64,000 nt of DNA from Blastocatellia bacterium UBA7656 (GCA_002483445.1 DLHY01000054.1:9149-73148), one strand, 5' to 3'. Counted from the first letter of the stretch, positions 21,122-31,223 are shown. Made by a program: numbers and translations. Notes: generated by a model from the sequence alone, not told the origin.

Positions 21122-22942
21122 ATGAAACTCAAAAAAGCCGCAGCAAGACTGCTCGTGGCAGCCCTCGTCGCTCTTCCCGTTTTTGCAGGATTCCTACCGG
21201 GAGAGAGTTTCGACAGCAGCACTGTTTCTGCTCAAGCTCCGAGAGGCACACCACGTTCAGCCAGCAAAATTTCCCCTGACCTGTTAAACCAGGCGTCATT
21301 GAGAAACGACAACGCGCCCGTTCGCGTCGTCATTCAGTTCAGCGGGACACTCCGAAGCGGTCTGATTTCGGCCTTCGGCAAAATGGGCGGGAGGCTGGAG
21401 AGAGTTTTTGACCGCGTCGGATCGCTGACCTTGAGTGTGCCGCTGCGCTTTCTCAATGCTCTGGCAGCCCAGCCGGAAATCAAGTACATCTCTCCAGACC
21501 GCCCGACTCAGATGAGCGGTCATCTGGAGGCGTCTACCGGCGCGAACCTTGTCAGAAACTACGTCGGAACGGGCGGGCTGACCGGCGCGGGCATCGGCAT
21601 AGCCATACTCGATTCGGGAATCTACTCTCCCCACCACGCATTCCTTAACAGGATCGTGGCAAGCGTAGATTTCTCCAGCGCAAGCACGAGTCCATATCCC
21701 TACGGTCACGGAACGCATGTGGCCACCCTTGCCGCAGGAAATAACCACATTGCTAGCGGCGCCTACACCGGCATAGCTCCGGGAGCCAACATAATCGATG
21801 TTCGAGTACTCAACTCCCTGGGTCAGGGTACAACGGCGGGGCTTCTCGACGGTATAAACTGGTGCATAGCGAACAAGAACACATACAACATCAAAGTGAT
21901 TAACCTCAGCCTCGGCACTGTTGCGGTCGATTCTTATAAAGATGATCCGATTTGTCTGGCTGTGCGTCAGGCGGTCAACGCCGGAATAGTTGTATGCGTT
22001 GCAGCAGGGAACCTGGGAAAGGATGAACTGGGCAATAAGATTTATGGAGCAGTTCATTCTCCCGGCATAGAGCCTTCGGCAATAACGGTCGGAGCCGCCA
22101 ACTCGAAAGGAACAGATTTGCGCAGCGATGATGTGGTGGCATCCTACAGTTCTCGCGGGCCGACGAGAGGATATTACACGGATGGGAACGGCGTAAAACA
22201 TTATGACAATCTCATCAAACCTGACCTGATCGCTCCGGGCAACAGGCTTATAGGCGCGCAATCCCCGAACAACTATCTGTTGCTTCAACACCCTGAACTT
22301 GAAGCGAACGTAAGCACATACACCTATCACAGGATGATGCGCCTGAGCGGATCGTCCATGTCGACGGCTGTCGTATCGGGGTCTGCCGCTTTGCTGTTGC
22401 AGAAATCTCCCTGGCTCACGCCCAACCTGGTCAAAGCGATATTGTGCTACACCGCGCAGCCTCTACAGGGATTCAACAACCTCGAGCAGGGAATGGGCCT
22501 GCTCAACGTGGAAGGCGCTGTAAGGCTTGCGAGCCTTATCCGCCCGGATCTGGCTTCGCTCTCTGTCGGCGCTCCGCTGCTCGTCGGCACGCCTCCAATC
22601 GAGGTTTCAACCATTGCCGGAAACTCTTTCTCGTGGGGCGGCGGCATAACGATGAAGTGGAACTTCATTTATGGATCGAGCCTCATCACCCAATATCAGG
22701 GCATCTACTCAACCGGAGTAGTCATCTCCGACGGAGTAGTCATCTCCGACGGAGTGTTCATTCGCAACGCCAACCTGATAACAAATGGGGTGGTTCTCTC
22801 AGACGGGGTGGTTCTCGCAGACGGGACGGTTCTGTCGGACAGCACCCTGGTGGGTACGGCTGCGGCGCTTCACGCTCTGTCCGTGCCTGCGACAGGAGAT
22901 CCGGGCGAAGAAGCGAGCGTAGTTGATTCCGGCACCAGTTGA
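21122..22942 (+). CDS. secreted subtilisin-like serine peptidase S8 with C-terminal heptapeptide tandem repeats
   Basis: Signal peptide; Asp (AILDSG), His (GHGTHVA) and Ser (GSSMSTA) triad regions; C-terminal GVV(I/L)SDG repeats. ATG at 21122 after AAGGGAAGGA. Confidence 0.8.
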   Translation: MKLKKAAARLLVAALVALPVFAGFLPGESFDSSTVSAQAPRGTPRSASKISPDLLNQASLRNDNAPVRVVIQFSGTLRSGLISAFGKMGGRLERVFDRVGSLTLSVPLRFLNALAAQPEIKYISPDRPTQMSGHLEASTGANLVRNYVGTGGLTGAGIGIAILDSGIYSPHHAFLNRIVASVDFSSASTSPYPYGHGTHVATLAAGNNHIASGAYTGIAPGANIIDVRVLNSLGQGTTAGLLDGINWCIANKNTYNIKVINLSLGTVAVDSYKDDPICLAVRQAVNAGIVVCVAAGNLGKDELGNKIYGAVHSPGIEPSAITVGAANSKGTDLRSDDVVASYSSRGPTRGYYTDGNGVKHYDNLIKPDLIAPGNRLIGAQSPNNYLLLQHPELEANVSTYTYHRMMRLSGSSMSTAVVSGSAALLLQKSPWLTPNLVKAILCYTAQPLQGFNNLEQGMGLLNVEGAVRLASLIRPDLASLSVGAPLLVGTPPIEVSTIAGNSFSWGGGITMKWNFIYGSSLITQYQGIYSTGVVISDGVVISDGVFIRNANLITNGVVLSDGVVLADGTVLSDSTLVGTAAALHALSVPATGDPGEEASVVDSGTS

Positions 22943-23012
22943 TCGAGCGCAAATGGCACGCACTGAAAAGAAACCTTCGTCCAGCAGTATTCTTGTAAGG
23001 AGAGAGTCTGAA

Positions 23013-24404
23013 ATGGCCTTCAAAACGGAAAGCGATAAGAAGAAATTGCCGACAATGCTTACCGTGTTGAGCGCGCTCGTCATAACAGCAGGGCTTGCTG
23101 TCGCTGCGCTCGCCACTGCCCGACAGGCTCTCATACCGGGTCGCGCGTGGCTGATGATGATAGCTCTGGCGATAGTGGTCGCCCCGCTCGGCGCGCTCTA
23201 CATTCCGGGGCTGAAAGCCAAAGTGACGATCAGCGAAGTGGTGACATTCTCCTGCGCGCTTCTCTTCGGCCCGAGTGCAGCCGTGATTGCCGCCCTCGCC
23301 GATGGCGCGGTCATCTCCCTGAAAGTGACGAAAAATCCTCGCAAGTTTTTATACAACTGCGCCGCGTTCGCTTCATCGATGGCTGTCGCATCTCTGACTG
23401 CCAGATATATCTTTCCCGCGTTCGGAAATCCGAACGCTCCGTCTTCAGCCGCCGTGATGATCTCGGCCACTGCGCTCTTCACGCTTCTTTACTTCCTGAT
23501 ATCGACCTCTCTTGTAGCCGCTTACATAGCCGTCTCCAACAAGCAATCGCTTTTGAAACTGTGGAGAGAGAGTTTCCTGTGGACTTCCATAAGCTACCTT
23601 GTGAGTGGGGCGGCGGCTCTCGCTGCTTTCTACCTCGTCGGTCGATTCGGCTATGCGAGTTTCTTCGTCCTTGCGGGCGCGATGATGATGATCTTTCTGT
23701 TTTATCGAACTTATTTCCAGAAAGTAGAAAGCGCTAACCTCAAGGCCGAGCAGATGGAAGAGATCAACTACCACACGATAGAAGTTCTCATCACCGCGCT
23801 TGGAGCCATAGGCATTGCGACCAAGCTGAATATCGGAAGAGTCGAGCGTCTGGCGGCAGAGCTTGGCCAAAGGGCCGGATGCTCGGCGGATGATCTCAAG
23901 GCATTGCGACTCGCCGCGATGCTCCATGACATAGGCAATATGGCCGTGCCTCAGCAGATTCTGGAAAAGCCCGGCGCGCTGACGGCTGAAGAATTCGGTC
24001 AGGTCAAGATTCACCCACGCATCGGCGCGCGTATGGTCGAATCGATTGGGTTTCCCTTCCCTGTGGCCGATATCATTCGCTATCACCACGAGCGGTTCGA
24101 CGGAACAGGCTACCCGGAAGGACTGAAGAATGACAGTATTCCTCTGGCCGCGAGAGTCCTCGGCATAGTCGATTGCTACAACGCGCTGACTGTAGACCGA
24201 CCCTATCGCCAGAAACTCAGCCGCACGGACGCGATTGATGTGATGAAAGACCTCTCAGGTAAAGCTTTCGATCCCGCGTTGCTGGAAATTTTCTTCAAGG
24301 TTGTCAGCGAGATTGATGAAGAAGCATGTCGCGCTCAGACTGTGAGCATCAGCGAGATGCAGGCTGAAATCATCAGCTATCGTCGCGCGTGGCAGGCCGC
24401 CTGA
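23013..24404 (+). CDS. membrane-anchored HD-GYP domain protein
   Basis: Multi-TM N-terminal domain, then HD-GYP (MLHDIGNMAV...HHERFDGTGYPEGL). Confidence 0.75.
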   Translation: MAFKTESDKKKLPTMLTVLSALVITAGLAVAALATARQALIPGRAWLMMIALAIVVAPLGALYIPGLKAKVTISEVVTFSCALLFGPSAAVIAALADGAVISLKVTKNPRKFLYNCAAFASSMAVASLTARYIFPAFGNPNAPSSAAVMISATALFTLLYFLISTSLVAAYIAVSNKQSLLKLWRESFLWTSISYLVSGAAALAAFYLVGRFGYASFFVLAGAMMMIFLFYRTYFQKVESANLKAEQMEEINYHTIEVLITALGAIGIATKLNIGRVERLAAELGQRAGCSADDLKALRLAAMLHDIGNMAVPQQILEKPGALTAEEFGQVKIHPRIGARMVESIGFPFPVADIIRYHHERFDGTGYPEGLKNDSIPLAARVLGIVDCYNALTVDRPYRQKLSRTDAIDVMKDLSGKAFDPALLEIFFKVVSEIDEEACRAQTVSISEMQAEIISYRRAWQAA

Positions 24405-24649
24405 ACCTAAATCGCGCCGTTCGTTTGTTTGGCCCTGTCTTTCGTAGAATGGCAAAATGACCGAAACCGGTCAGTCAACCTGATGCGAAATGCCTCAAAA
24501 GGCAAAGGTCTGATTGTGCGCGTATGCTTGTATCCGGCTGTGAACAAACAGGCTTGAAATTTTCCCGTTAGTGGAACGGATGATGCTTGGTTTTCTCTGA
24601 TCAAGGTCTGTCAGCGTCATTATTTGAGATAAGTACTGAAGGCAGGAAG

Positions 24650-27088
24650 ATGGCCCAACCCCTTATAAAGAAGGATCGTTTGCCCGCAAGGTCTTTCATC
24701 ATCGGCATATCGGTTATCGGCCTGACCATCTTCGCTTACTCGCTTTATCAGGTGGCGACGACTCCGGTCAATGCCGAGTGGGTGCTTCTAACTCTGATCA
24801 CGGTGCTTTTGATTTCGCGCATCGATATAGGCATCCCGAAAACTTCAAGCAAGATCACCATAACCGACACCTTTCTTTTCATATCGGTTCTACTCTACGG
24901 CCCATTCCCGTCGGTCGTGCTTGCGGGACTCGATGGCGCGGTCGTATCGCTTACGGAAAAGAACAGGCGTCGGGTGATACCATTCAATGTGGCGGGGCTG
25001 AGTTTGTCGATGTTCGTTTCAAGCACGATCGTCGGCGAGGTGTTCGTAAATCTTGAGGCGAGAAAGACCGATCTGAGCCTGCTCTTTATGGCGGCGGGAC
25101 TGCTGGCGCTGATTCATTACATTCTCAATTCAGGGATAGTCTCGGTCGTGGCCGCGCTTCGTCGGCGGCGAAGCCTCATTCAAACCTGGAAAGAATCCTA
25201 CCTTCTGACCTCACTTTCTTATTTCGCCGGGGCGATAGCCGCCTGCCTCATCATCAAGCTCATCGATACAGTTTCGTTTTATGCTTTCATCGTGGCCGTT
25301 CCCATCATCGCCATCACATACTTTTCATACAAGGTCTATCTCGATAACCTCGACGCTTCGAATCGACACGCCGAGCAGGTGGCCGATCTTCACCTCCGCA
25401 CCATTGAGGCGCTGGCCATCGCCATAGACGCCAAGGGCGAAGTCTCTCACGATCATGTCCATCGCGTTCAGGTCTACTCCACAGGGCTTGCTCGCATATT
25501 CGGATTGAGCGACGCCGAGATAGAAGCCCTCAAAGCCGGGGCGCTCCTGCACGACATAGGCAAGCTGGCCGTGCCGGATTACATTCTCAATAAGCCCGGC
25601 CCGCTCACTACAGCCGAGTTCGACAAGATGAAGGTTCATACCATCGTCGGCGCTGAGATACTTGAGCGCGTGGGCTTCCCTTATCCGGTGGTTCCCGTAG
25701 TTCGTCATCACCACGAAAGATGGGACGGGCGGGGATACCCCGACGGACTCAAAGGCGAGCAGATTCCCATCACCGCCCGCATACTCGCCGTGTGCGACTG
25801 CTTCGACGCCGTTCGCGAGGATCGCCAGTATCGCAAGGCGATGACCCGCGAGCAGGCTCTTCAGATTCTCCGCGAAGGCAGCGGGACGGTCTTCGACCCT
25901 AAGGTTATAGGCGCGTTCCTCGAACACCTTGATGAGTTCGAAGCCGAGATTCGCAGCATGAGAGTCACACCTCACAAGTTCGAAGACCGGCGGGCCAAAA
26001 AAATCGCCGAAACCAATCGACTGGACAACGATAATAAAGCCTTTGAGCGCATTCGCAGCGCCAATCGCGAACTCATCACGCTCTATTACATAGCTCAGAC
26101 CATCGGCACGAGCCTCGATTTGAGAGACACCTTCGCCGTCTTTTCCGCCCGACTCGAAGACATCGTCAGCTACACGACCTGTGTGCTTTACCTGCAAAAG
26201 ACCGATTCGACCGAAGTGGAAGTCGCGCATGTTTCAGGACGAAATTCTGAGCGATTCAAAGGTCGACGCATGGCTTCGGGTGCAGGCATAGCAGGCTGGG
26301 TCGTAGCCAATCGCCACTCGATGCACAATTGCGATCCGGCTTTGGATTTCGACACGATGAAGATCGAAATCCCCGAACTTTACAAAACCGCGACCGTCGT
26401 GCCGCTGATGAAAGATGATGAAGTTCTCGGCGCGCTCGGCCTCTATTCGGCTGAAGTGGCTTCCTACGACACGGATCACTTGAGACTGATGGAAGCCGTA
26501 GCCAAGCTCGCTTCCGACGCCATAGCCAACGCCGTGCAGCACGAGCGCACGGAAACGAGCGCGCTCACGGATGTCATCACCGGACTTCCGAACGCGCGGG
26601 CGCTTCGCTATCGCTTCGAAGAAGAAGCTGACCGCGCAAAGAGACACAAGGATATTTTCTCGGTGGTGATGATGGACCTCGACCGTTTCAAATCCGTCAA
26701 CGATCAATTGGGGCATCAGGCCGGAGATCATCTCCTCAAAGAGTTGGGGCGCATCCTGCTTGCGCAGGTTCGCTCGTCGGATTTCGTCTGTCGTTATGCG
26801 GGAGATGAGTTCGTGGCCATTCTTCAAATCGGGTACGACGAAGTGCAGGAGCTTCTTTCTCGAATTCAGAAGACGGTCGCTACTCACGATTTCGGCTTCG
26901 GCAGCACGAACGTCTTCATCGGATTGAGCCTGGGCGCAGCCAGCTTCGGAACGGACGGCGACACGCTCGACGAACTGCTGCTGGCCGCCGACCGCGCGAT
27001 GTATGCCGACAAGGCGCGGCGCAAGAACCTGATGAACGAGGCTGGCACGTTCAAGACATCAGACCTGAGCCAATATCGCGTGATGTGA
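24650..27088 (+). CDS. membrane HD-GYP / GAF / GGDEF multidomain protein
   Basis: N-terminal TM domain paralogous to the upstream gene; HD-GYP (HHERWDGRGYPDGL), a GAF region, then GGDEF (RYAGDEF). Confidence 0.8.
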   Translation: MAQPLIKKDRLPARSFIIGISVIGLTIFAYSLYQVATTPVNAEWVLLTLITVLLISRIDIGIPKTSSKITITDTFLFISVLLYGPFPSVVLAGLDGAVVSLTEKNRRRVIPFNVAGLSLSMFVSSTIVGEVFVNLEARKTDLSLLFMAAGLLALIHYILNSGIVSVVAALRRRRSLIQTWKESYLLTSLSYFAGAIAACLIIKLIDTVSFYAFIVAVPIIAITYFSYKVYLDNLDASNRHAEQVADLHLRTIEALAIAIDAKGEVSHDHVHRVQVYSTGLARIFGLSDAEIEALKAGALLHDIGKLAVPDYILNKPGPLTTAEFDKMKVHTIVGAEILERVGFPYPVVPVVRHHHERWDGRGYPDGLKGEQIPITARILAVCDCFDAVREDRQYRKAMTREQALQILREGSGTVFDPKVIGAFLEHLDEFEAEIRSMRVTPHKFEDRRAKKIAETNRLDNDNKAFERIRSANRELITLYYIAQTIGTSLDLRDTFAVFSARLEDIVSYTTCVLYLQKTDSTEVEVAHVSGRNSERFKGRRMASGAGIAGWVVANRHSMHNCDPALDFDTMKIEIPELYKTATVVPLMKDDEVLGALGLYSAEVASYDTDHLRLMEAVAKLASDAIANAVQHERTETSALTDVITGLPNARALRYRFEEEADRAKRHKDIFSVVMMDLDRFKSVNDQLGHQAGDHLLKELGRILLAQVRSSDFVCRYAGDEFVAILQIGYDEVQELLSRIQKTVATHDFGFGSTNVFIGLSLGAASFGTDGDTLDELLLAADRAMYADKARRKNLMNEAGTFKTSDLSQYRVM

Positions 27089-27112
27089 TCGCGTGGAAAG
27101 TGATTCGACCCA

Positions 27113-27156
27113 TCCAAACGCCTTGCGCTGCGCCGAGCGCAAGGCGTTTGGTTTTT
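27113..27156 (+). terminator. rho-independent terminator after the HD-GYP/GGDEF gene
   Basis: CCAAACGCCTTGCGCTGCGCCGAGCGCAAGGCGTTTGG perfect stem followed by TTTTT. Confidence 0.7.
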
Positions 27157-27332
27157 GCTGACAGGTTGTGTTAGAAGTTTTCTGCAAGCCGAACTTGTAA
27201 AAAAATTGTAATTACGCAAATCGAGTTTTCTTCTTTGAAACCTGAGAGCTTATTATTTCAGTATGAGCGTTTGAGGCGGGGGCGATGACGCTTCATCACG
27301 CCGGATATATTCAAGGGATAAGGTGAACCATA

Positions 27333-27734
27333 ATGGAGAGCAAGTCAGCGCAACAGGCAGAACAGGAGATCGAAACGACTCCTTCCAAAAAGGCGAAACC
27401 AGCTTCTTACTCGATGATGGATCCCAAGATGCGCCGCATCTACGGCGAGTTCTATCGCGAGCTTTATTACTCCGAATCGAAAGCCATTGACACCAAAACG
27501 CAGGAGCTGATCTCGATAGCCGCTTCGCTCGTCGCCAAATGCCAGGGCTGCATCGAAGGCCATATAAAAAAGGCTATCGCTGCCGGAGCGACCAGAGAAG
27601 AAATCAGCGAAGCAATATCGATAGCCGCTGCCATCAACGCCGCCGCGATAATCGATCTGACGGATACGGCGGCAGCCAACCTCAACATCGACCACTTTCC
27701 AAGCGATGGCCCTCGCTTCAACGTAAAGCAATGA
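27333..27734 (+). CDS. carboxymuconolactone decarboxylase-family (AhpD-like) protein
   Basis: CMD fold with CQGCIEGH. Confidence 0.7.
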   Translation: MESKSAQQAEQEIETTPSKKAKPASYSMMDPKMRRIYGEFYRELYYSESKAIDTKTQELISIAASLVAKCQGCIEGHIKKAIAAGATREEISEAISIAAAINAAAIIDLTDTAAANLNIDHFPSDGPRFNVKQ

Positions 27735-28657
27735 GAAAGACACAACTGCTCGTCGCCGCATTCGCCTGCCTCCTGGCGGCATCGGCGGCTTCAGCACAGA
27801 CGCCTGTTGCTGCGAGCCGCATTGAGTATTCGTCCTTCACGTCTCCCTCGCTCGGACGCGATATAAAATTCGCAGTCCAGTTCCCGCCCTCCTACCAGGC
27901 CGACACGAAACGAAAATATCCGGTGCTTTACTTCCTGCACGGGATGAACGGCTCGGAACTGGAATTCGAGCGGCGTGGAGTCGCTGCCGCCGTCGACCGC
28001 CTTCGCTCGGAAGGCAAGATAGGCGAGATGATCATAGTCGCGCCCGCCGGAGAAAACAGTTTCTATATCAATTCGAAAAACGGCGCGCGCTACGAAGACG
28101 CGATCATCAAGGACCTGATCCCTCACGTCGAAAAAAACTATCGCGCGATTGGAAATTCTTCGGGTCGCGCGATTCAGGGGCTTTCGATGGGAGGATTCGG
28201 CGCGCTGCTGCTGGCCTTCAAACACCCGGAGATGTTTTCATCCGTCACGGCTCATTGTTCCGCGTTGTTCGTGGAACTGCCCAGCACGCAGGGCAGCGAC
28301 CGGAGGGCGCAGTTTTTGAGCCGCCTGATCGGGAATATGTTCGGCAATCCGCCGGATGATGAATATTTCCGCGCCAACAATCCAATCCACATTGGCGAGA
28401 CGAACGCCGCCGCGATTAAAAAATCGGGACTGAAAATTTATTTCGATGTCGGCGAGCAGGATCGCTACGGCTTTCAGGAATCGAACAAAGCGTTCGATGA
28501 GAGACTGACCAAAGCGGGACTGGCGCACGAGTACCATCTCTTCCCCGGCGGTCACGGCTGGGAGTATATGATCTCGGTCGCGGAGAATTCTTACTCGTTT
28601 CTGTGGAAAAACCTCAAGCCCGCCGCCAGCGCGACGGGAAGCAAATCGAAACGCTGA
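27731..28657 (+). CDS. secreted putative esterase (esterase D/enterochelin-esterase-like family)
   Basis: Start is an internal Met of track ORF 27539 (ATGA overlap with the CMD stop); signal peptide; GLSMGGFGAL nucleophile elbow. Confidence 0.65.
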   Translation: MRKTQLLVAAFACLLAASAASAQTPVAASRIEYSSFTSPSLGRDIKFAVQFPPSYQADTKRKYPVLYFLHGMNGSELEFERRGVAAAVDRLRSEGKIGEMIIVAPAGENSFYINSKNGARYEDAIIKDLIPHVEKNYRAIGNSSGRAIQGLSMGGFGALLLAFKHPEMFSSVTAHCSALFVELPSTQGSDRRAQFLSRLIGNMFGNPPDDEYFRANNPIHIGETNAAAIKKSGLKIYFDVGEQDRYGFQESNKAFDERLTKAGLAHEYHLFPGGHGWEYMISVAENSYSFLWKNLKPAASATGSKSKR

Positions 28658-28660
28658 TAA

Positions 28661-28720
28661 GAGTCTTGAGAGTCTTGAGAGTCAGGAATGGCTTTGAACC
28701 TTCTGACTCTCAAGACTCCT
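28661..28720. terminator. hairpin of GAGTC-containing repeats after the esterase gene
   Basis: GAGTCTTGAGAGTCAG ... CTGACTCTCAAGACTC are exact reverse complements. Confidence 0.45.
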
Positions 28721-28726
28721 CCGAAA

Positions 28727-28812
28727 AAAGCCTGGAATCGAGAGTCTGGAGTCCGTTATTTGGAGTCGTCACCCGTTTTTCATTCTGTCAGGGCGTCGTC
28801 TCTGACGACCAT
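28727..28812. repeat. ~85-nt conserved intergenic element, copy A
   Basis: About 90% identical by eye to 56207-56295 (GAGAGTCTGGAGTCCGTTAT.TGGAGTCGTCACC.GTTTTTCAT.CT.TCAGGGCGTCG.CTCTGACGA). Confidence 0.5.
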
Positions 28813-28815
28813 GTA

Positions 28816-28853
28816 TGACTCTCTAGACTCGATAGACTCGATAGACTCTCCGG
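28816..28853. repeat. heptamer tandem array (GACTCTC/TAGACTC/GATAGAC...)
   Basis: Seen directly in the sequence. Confidence 0.4.
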
Positions 28854-28863
28854 ACTATTTTAA

Positions 28864-29745
28864 TTGACATCCCCAGCCCTTTTTGATTTGCTCCTAGCGG
28901 TGTCAAGTCAGCCTGAGAAAAATATTCGAAAACGATTTCGTGAAATAGTTTCGCAGGAAGACCTTCGGATCGATCTTGCGGAAGCCGCTTTGCTCATTGC
29001 CGCCGAGGAATACCCGCGCCTCGACGTTGAGCTTTATAAGGAAAAGCTCGACCGCTTCAGCGACATGGCTCGTGAGCGGGCGCGGGGCGCAACGCTTGCC
29101 CGCGCTGTTATCTCGGCTCTCAACGAAACGCTTTTCGAAGATATAGGCTTTCACGGCAATCGCGATCACTACTATGATCCGCGCAACAGCTTTCTCAATG
29201 AAGTCATTGATCGCCGGACGGGGATTCCTATCACGCTCACTGTCATTTATATGGAAGTCGCTCGAAGGATCGGATTTCCGGTTCGCGGCGTCGGATTGCC
29301 GGGTCACTTCATAGCCAAATACACGGATGAGACGGAAGAGATATTCATCGATCCTTTCAACGACGGGCGAGTTATGGGAGAGTTCGGCTGCGCGGAATTG
29401 CTTTTGGAGATGAGCGGCGGCAGATTGAAACTCGACCCTTCGCACCTCGCGGCGGCGACCAACAGACAGATACTCGCGCGTATGCTTTCGAATCTTCTCA
29501 GTATATACGGAGGAAGCAACGATTACGCCCGCGCGCTTGCGGTCATCGAGCGAATATTGATTCTCGATCCTGATTCCACGCCTCACATTCGCGATCACGG
29601 GCTGCTGCTCGCGGCGCTGGGCGAAAACGCGAGAGCCGCTATGGAGCTTGAACGCTATCTCGCGCTTGCGCCCGACGCAAAAGACGCCGAGGCGATTCGC
29701 AAACAGATCGCGGCGATCCGTCAGGGACAGGCGAAGCTGAATTAA
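28864..29745 (+). CDS. SirB1/YchA-like transglutaminase-fold protein with C-terminal TPR
   Basis: UPF0162-like N-terminal region (PITLTVIYMEVARRIGFPVRGVGLPGHF) plus TPR-like C-terminus. Confidence 0.55.
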   Translation: MTSPALFDLLLAVSSQPEKNIRKRFREIVSQEDLRIDLAEAALLIAAEEYPRLDVELYKEKLDRFSDMARERARGATLARAVISALNETLFEDIGFHGNRDHYYDPRNSFLNEVIDRRTGIPITLTVIYMEVARRIGFPVRGVGLPGHFIAKYTDETEEIFIDPFNDGRVMGEFGCAELLLEMSGGRLKLDPSHLAAATNRQILARMLSNLLSIYGGSNDYARALAVIERILILDPDSTPHIRDHGLLLAALGENARAAMELERYLALAPDAKDAEAIRKQIAAIRQGQAKLN

Positions 29746-29747
29746 AA

Positions 29748-29828
29748 TCAGGAGTCAGGAGTCAGAAGTCAGGAGTCAGAAGTCAGGAGTCAGAAGCCGG
29801 GAGTCGAAACACGTTCTGACTCCCGGCT
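29748..29828. terminator. CAGGAGT/CAGAAGT heptamer array followed by a bidirectional terminator hairpin
   Basis: Six or more heptamer units, then GCCGGGAGTC-N-GACTCCCGGC and TTT; lies between convergent genes. Confidence 0.55.
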
Positions 29829-29866
29829 TTCAGGCATCTGTTGAAATGTTCGGAAGGCTGCGCGAT

Positions 29867-31171
29867 TCACCTTTTCTGCTTTTGCAGATTGGCGAGCAAC
29901 TGTTCGGCGCGGCTATTGAGGAAATCGAGATTCTGCGCATTCTTCTGAATAGCCGTCTTGAATTCCTGAAGCGCGCGATCACGATCCTGTCGCCTGCGGG
30001 ATTGCGAAAGCAGAATGGCCATATTCAGGTGAGGCAGTCCGCTCGACGAATCGAGCTGCATCGCGCGCTCTATGTCTTTTATGGCGTCGCGCTCTCCCTT
30101 GCTCGCGCGGGCAAGGCCCAATCCGGCGTGAGCCGCGGCATAAGACGGATCGATTTCGAGCGCGCGTCGAAAAGTCTCGATTGCCTCCTTGAATTTTCCG
30201 TTGGCGTGATAAGCCTGTCCGAGATAGCAGTGCGCGAAAGCCCACTTGGGTTCCATCTGCGTGACTTTTATGAAAGTCGCTTCCGCCGTGGCGATGTCGC
30301 CCGAATACATCTGCACCACTCCAAGTTGATAGCGCGGAGGCGCCCATCCGTCGTCGAACTCAATCGATTTTTCAAGCTCGCTTCGCGCGCCCGTAAGACC
30401 TCCTCCATTGGGCGCGCTTTCGGTCGCGCCCTGCGCGCTGTAGGTGAGAAAGTCGCGCAGCGCCAGCACGCCGCGCAGATAAGCGCCCTCGGCCTGAGAT
30501 CGCTTGTCATCGCCTTTGAGAGCAAGCGCGTTGGTGTTTGCGTCCAGGGCTCGCAGGATTTCATCGCGAGTGATAGCGCGCCAGTTGGTTATAGTGCTGG
30601 TTATAGCGGGCGCGGCGGCTTCCGCAAATCTGGTCGCCAGCACTCCTTTCATGCGCGCGATTTCCGCGTGATCGGGAAACTGTTTGGATAATTTTTCTAC
30701 AAGCTCCATCGCATTCGGAGTCTGAGGTCCGGCCAATCGACCAGAGGTGATGAGGCTGTCGAATTCTTTTACGAATCGATCCATTATGGGTTCGAGTTTG
30801 AACACCAGCGTGGGCGATTCGCTGCCAGCCTGAAATCCGCGAAGAGAGGGCGAGTATCCTTCCTTGCGCGCTTCGACCGAGTAATGAGCAAGCGGCAGCC
30901 TTTCGATCTGAAATCTGCCTTCCGCGTTGGTCACGCCTTTCCGCTCGCCGTTTATGTAGATTTCGCATTCGGGCGGATTGGTCAGCACTGTGAGAATGAC
31001 CGTTATCGGCTCAGGCTCAGGCTTAGGGGTCGGGCGTTTTACCGGCGGCTTCTTTGTAGGTTTGGTTGGCCGCCCTGACGGGTCCTGCGCCAGCGCGAGA
31101 CTCGCAGTGAGTAAACAAACGATTGCGATGAAAGGGGCCGTCTGCGCGAGATACTTTTTTCGGTTCCACAT
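29867..31171 (-). CDS. secreted PEGA-domain plus TPR-repeat protein
   Basis: Signal peptide, Pro/Lys-rich linker, PEGA-like beta domain, multiple TPRs; start at internal Met MWNRKK preceded by GAGGTG. Confidence 0.65.
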   Translation of the reverse strand: MWNRKKYLAQTAPFIAIVCLLTASLALAQDPSGRPTKPTKKPPVKRPTPKPEPEPITVILTVLTNPPECEIYINGERKGVTNAEGRFQIERLPLAHYSVEARKEGYSPSLRGFQAGSESPTLVFKLEPIMDRFVKEFDSLITSGRLAGPQTPNAMELVEKLSKQFPDHAEIARMKGVLATRFAEAAAPAITSTITNWRAITRDEILRALDANTNALALKGDDKRSQAEGAYLRGVLALRDFLTYSAQGATESAPNGGGLTGARSELEKSIEFDDGWAPPRYQLGVVQMYSGDIATAEATFIKVTQMEPKWAFAHCYLGQAYHANGKFKEAIETFRRALEIDPSYAAAHAGLGLARASKGERDAIKDIERAMQLDSSSGLPHLNMAILLSQSRRRQDRDRALQEFKTAIQKNAQNLDFLNSRAEQLLANLQKQKR

Positions 31172-31223
31172 AACATCACCTCGGCGGCTATTATAGCGCA
31201 CCTCTTACAACCAACCAATAATT

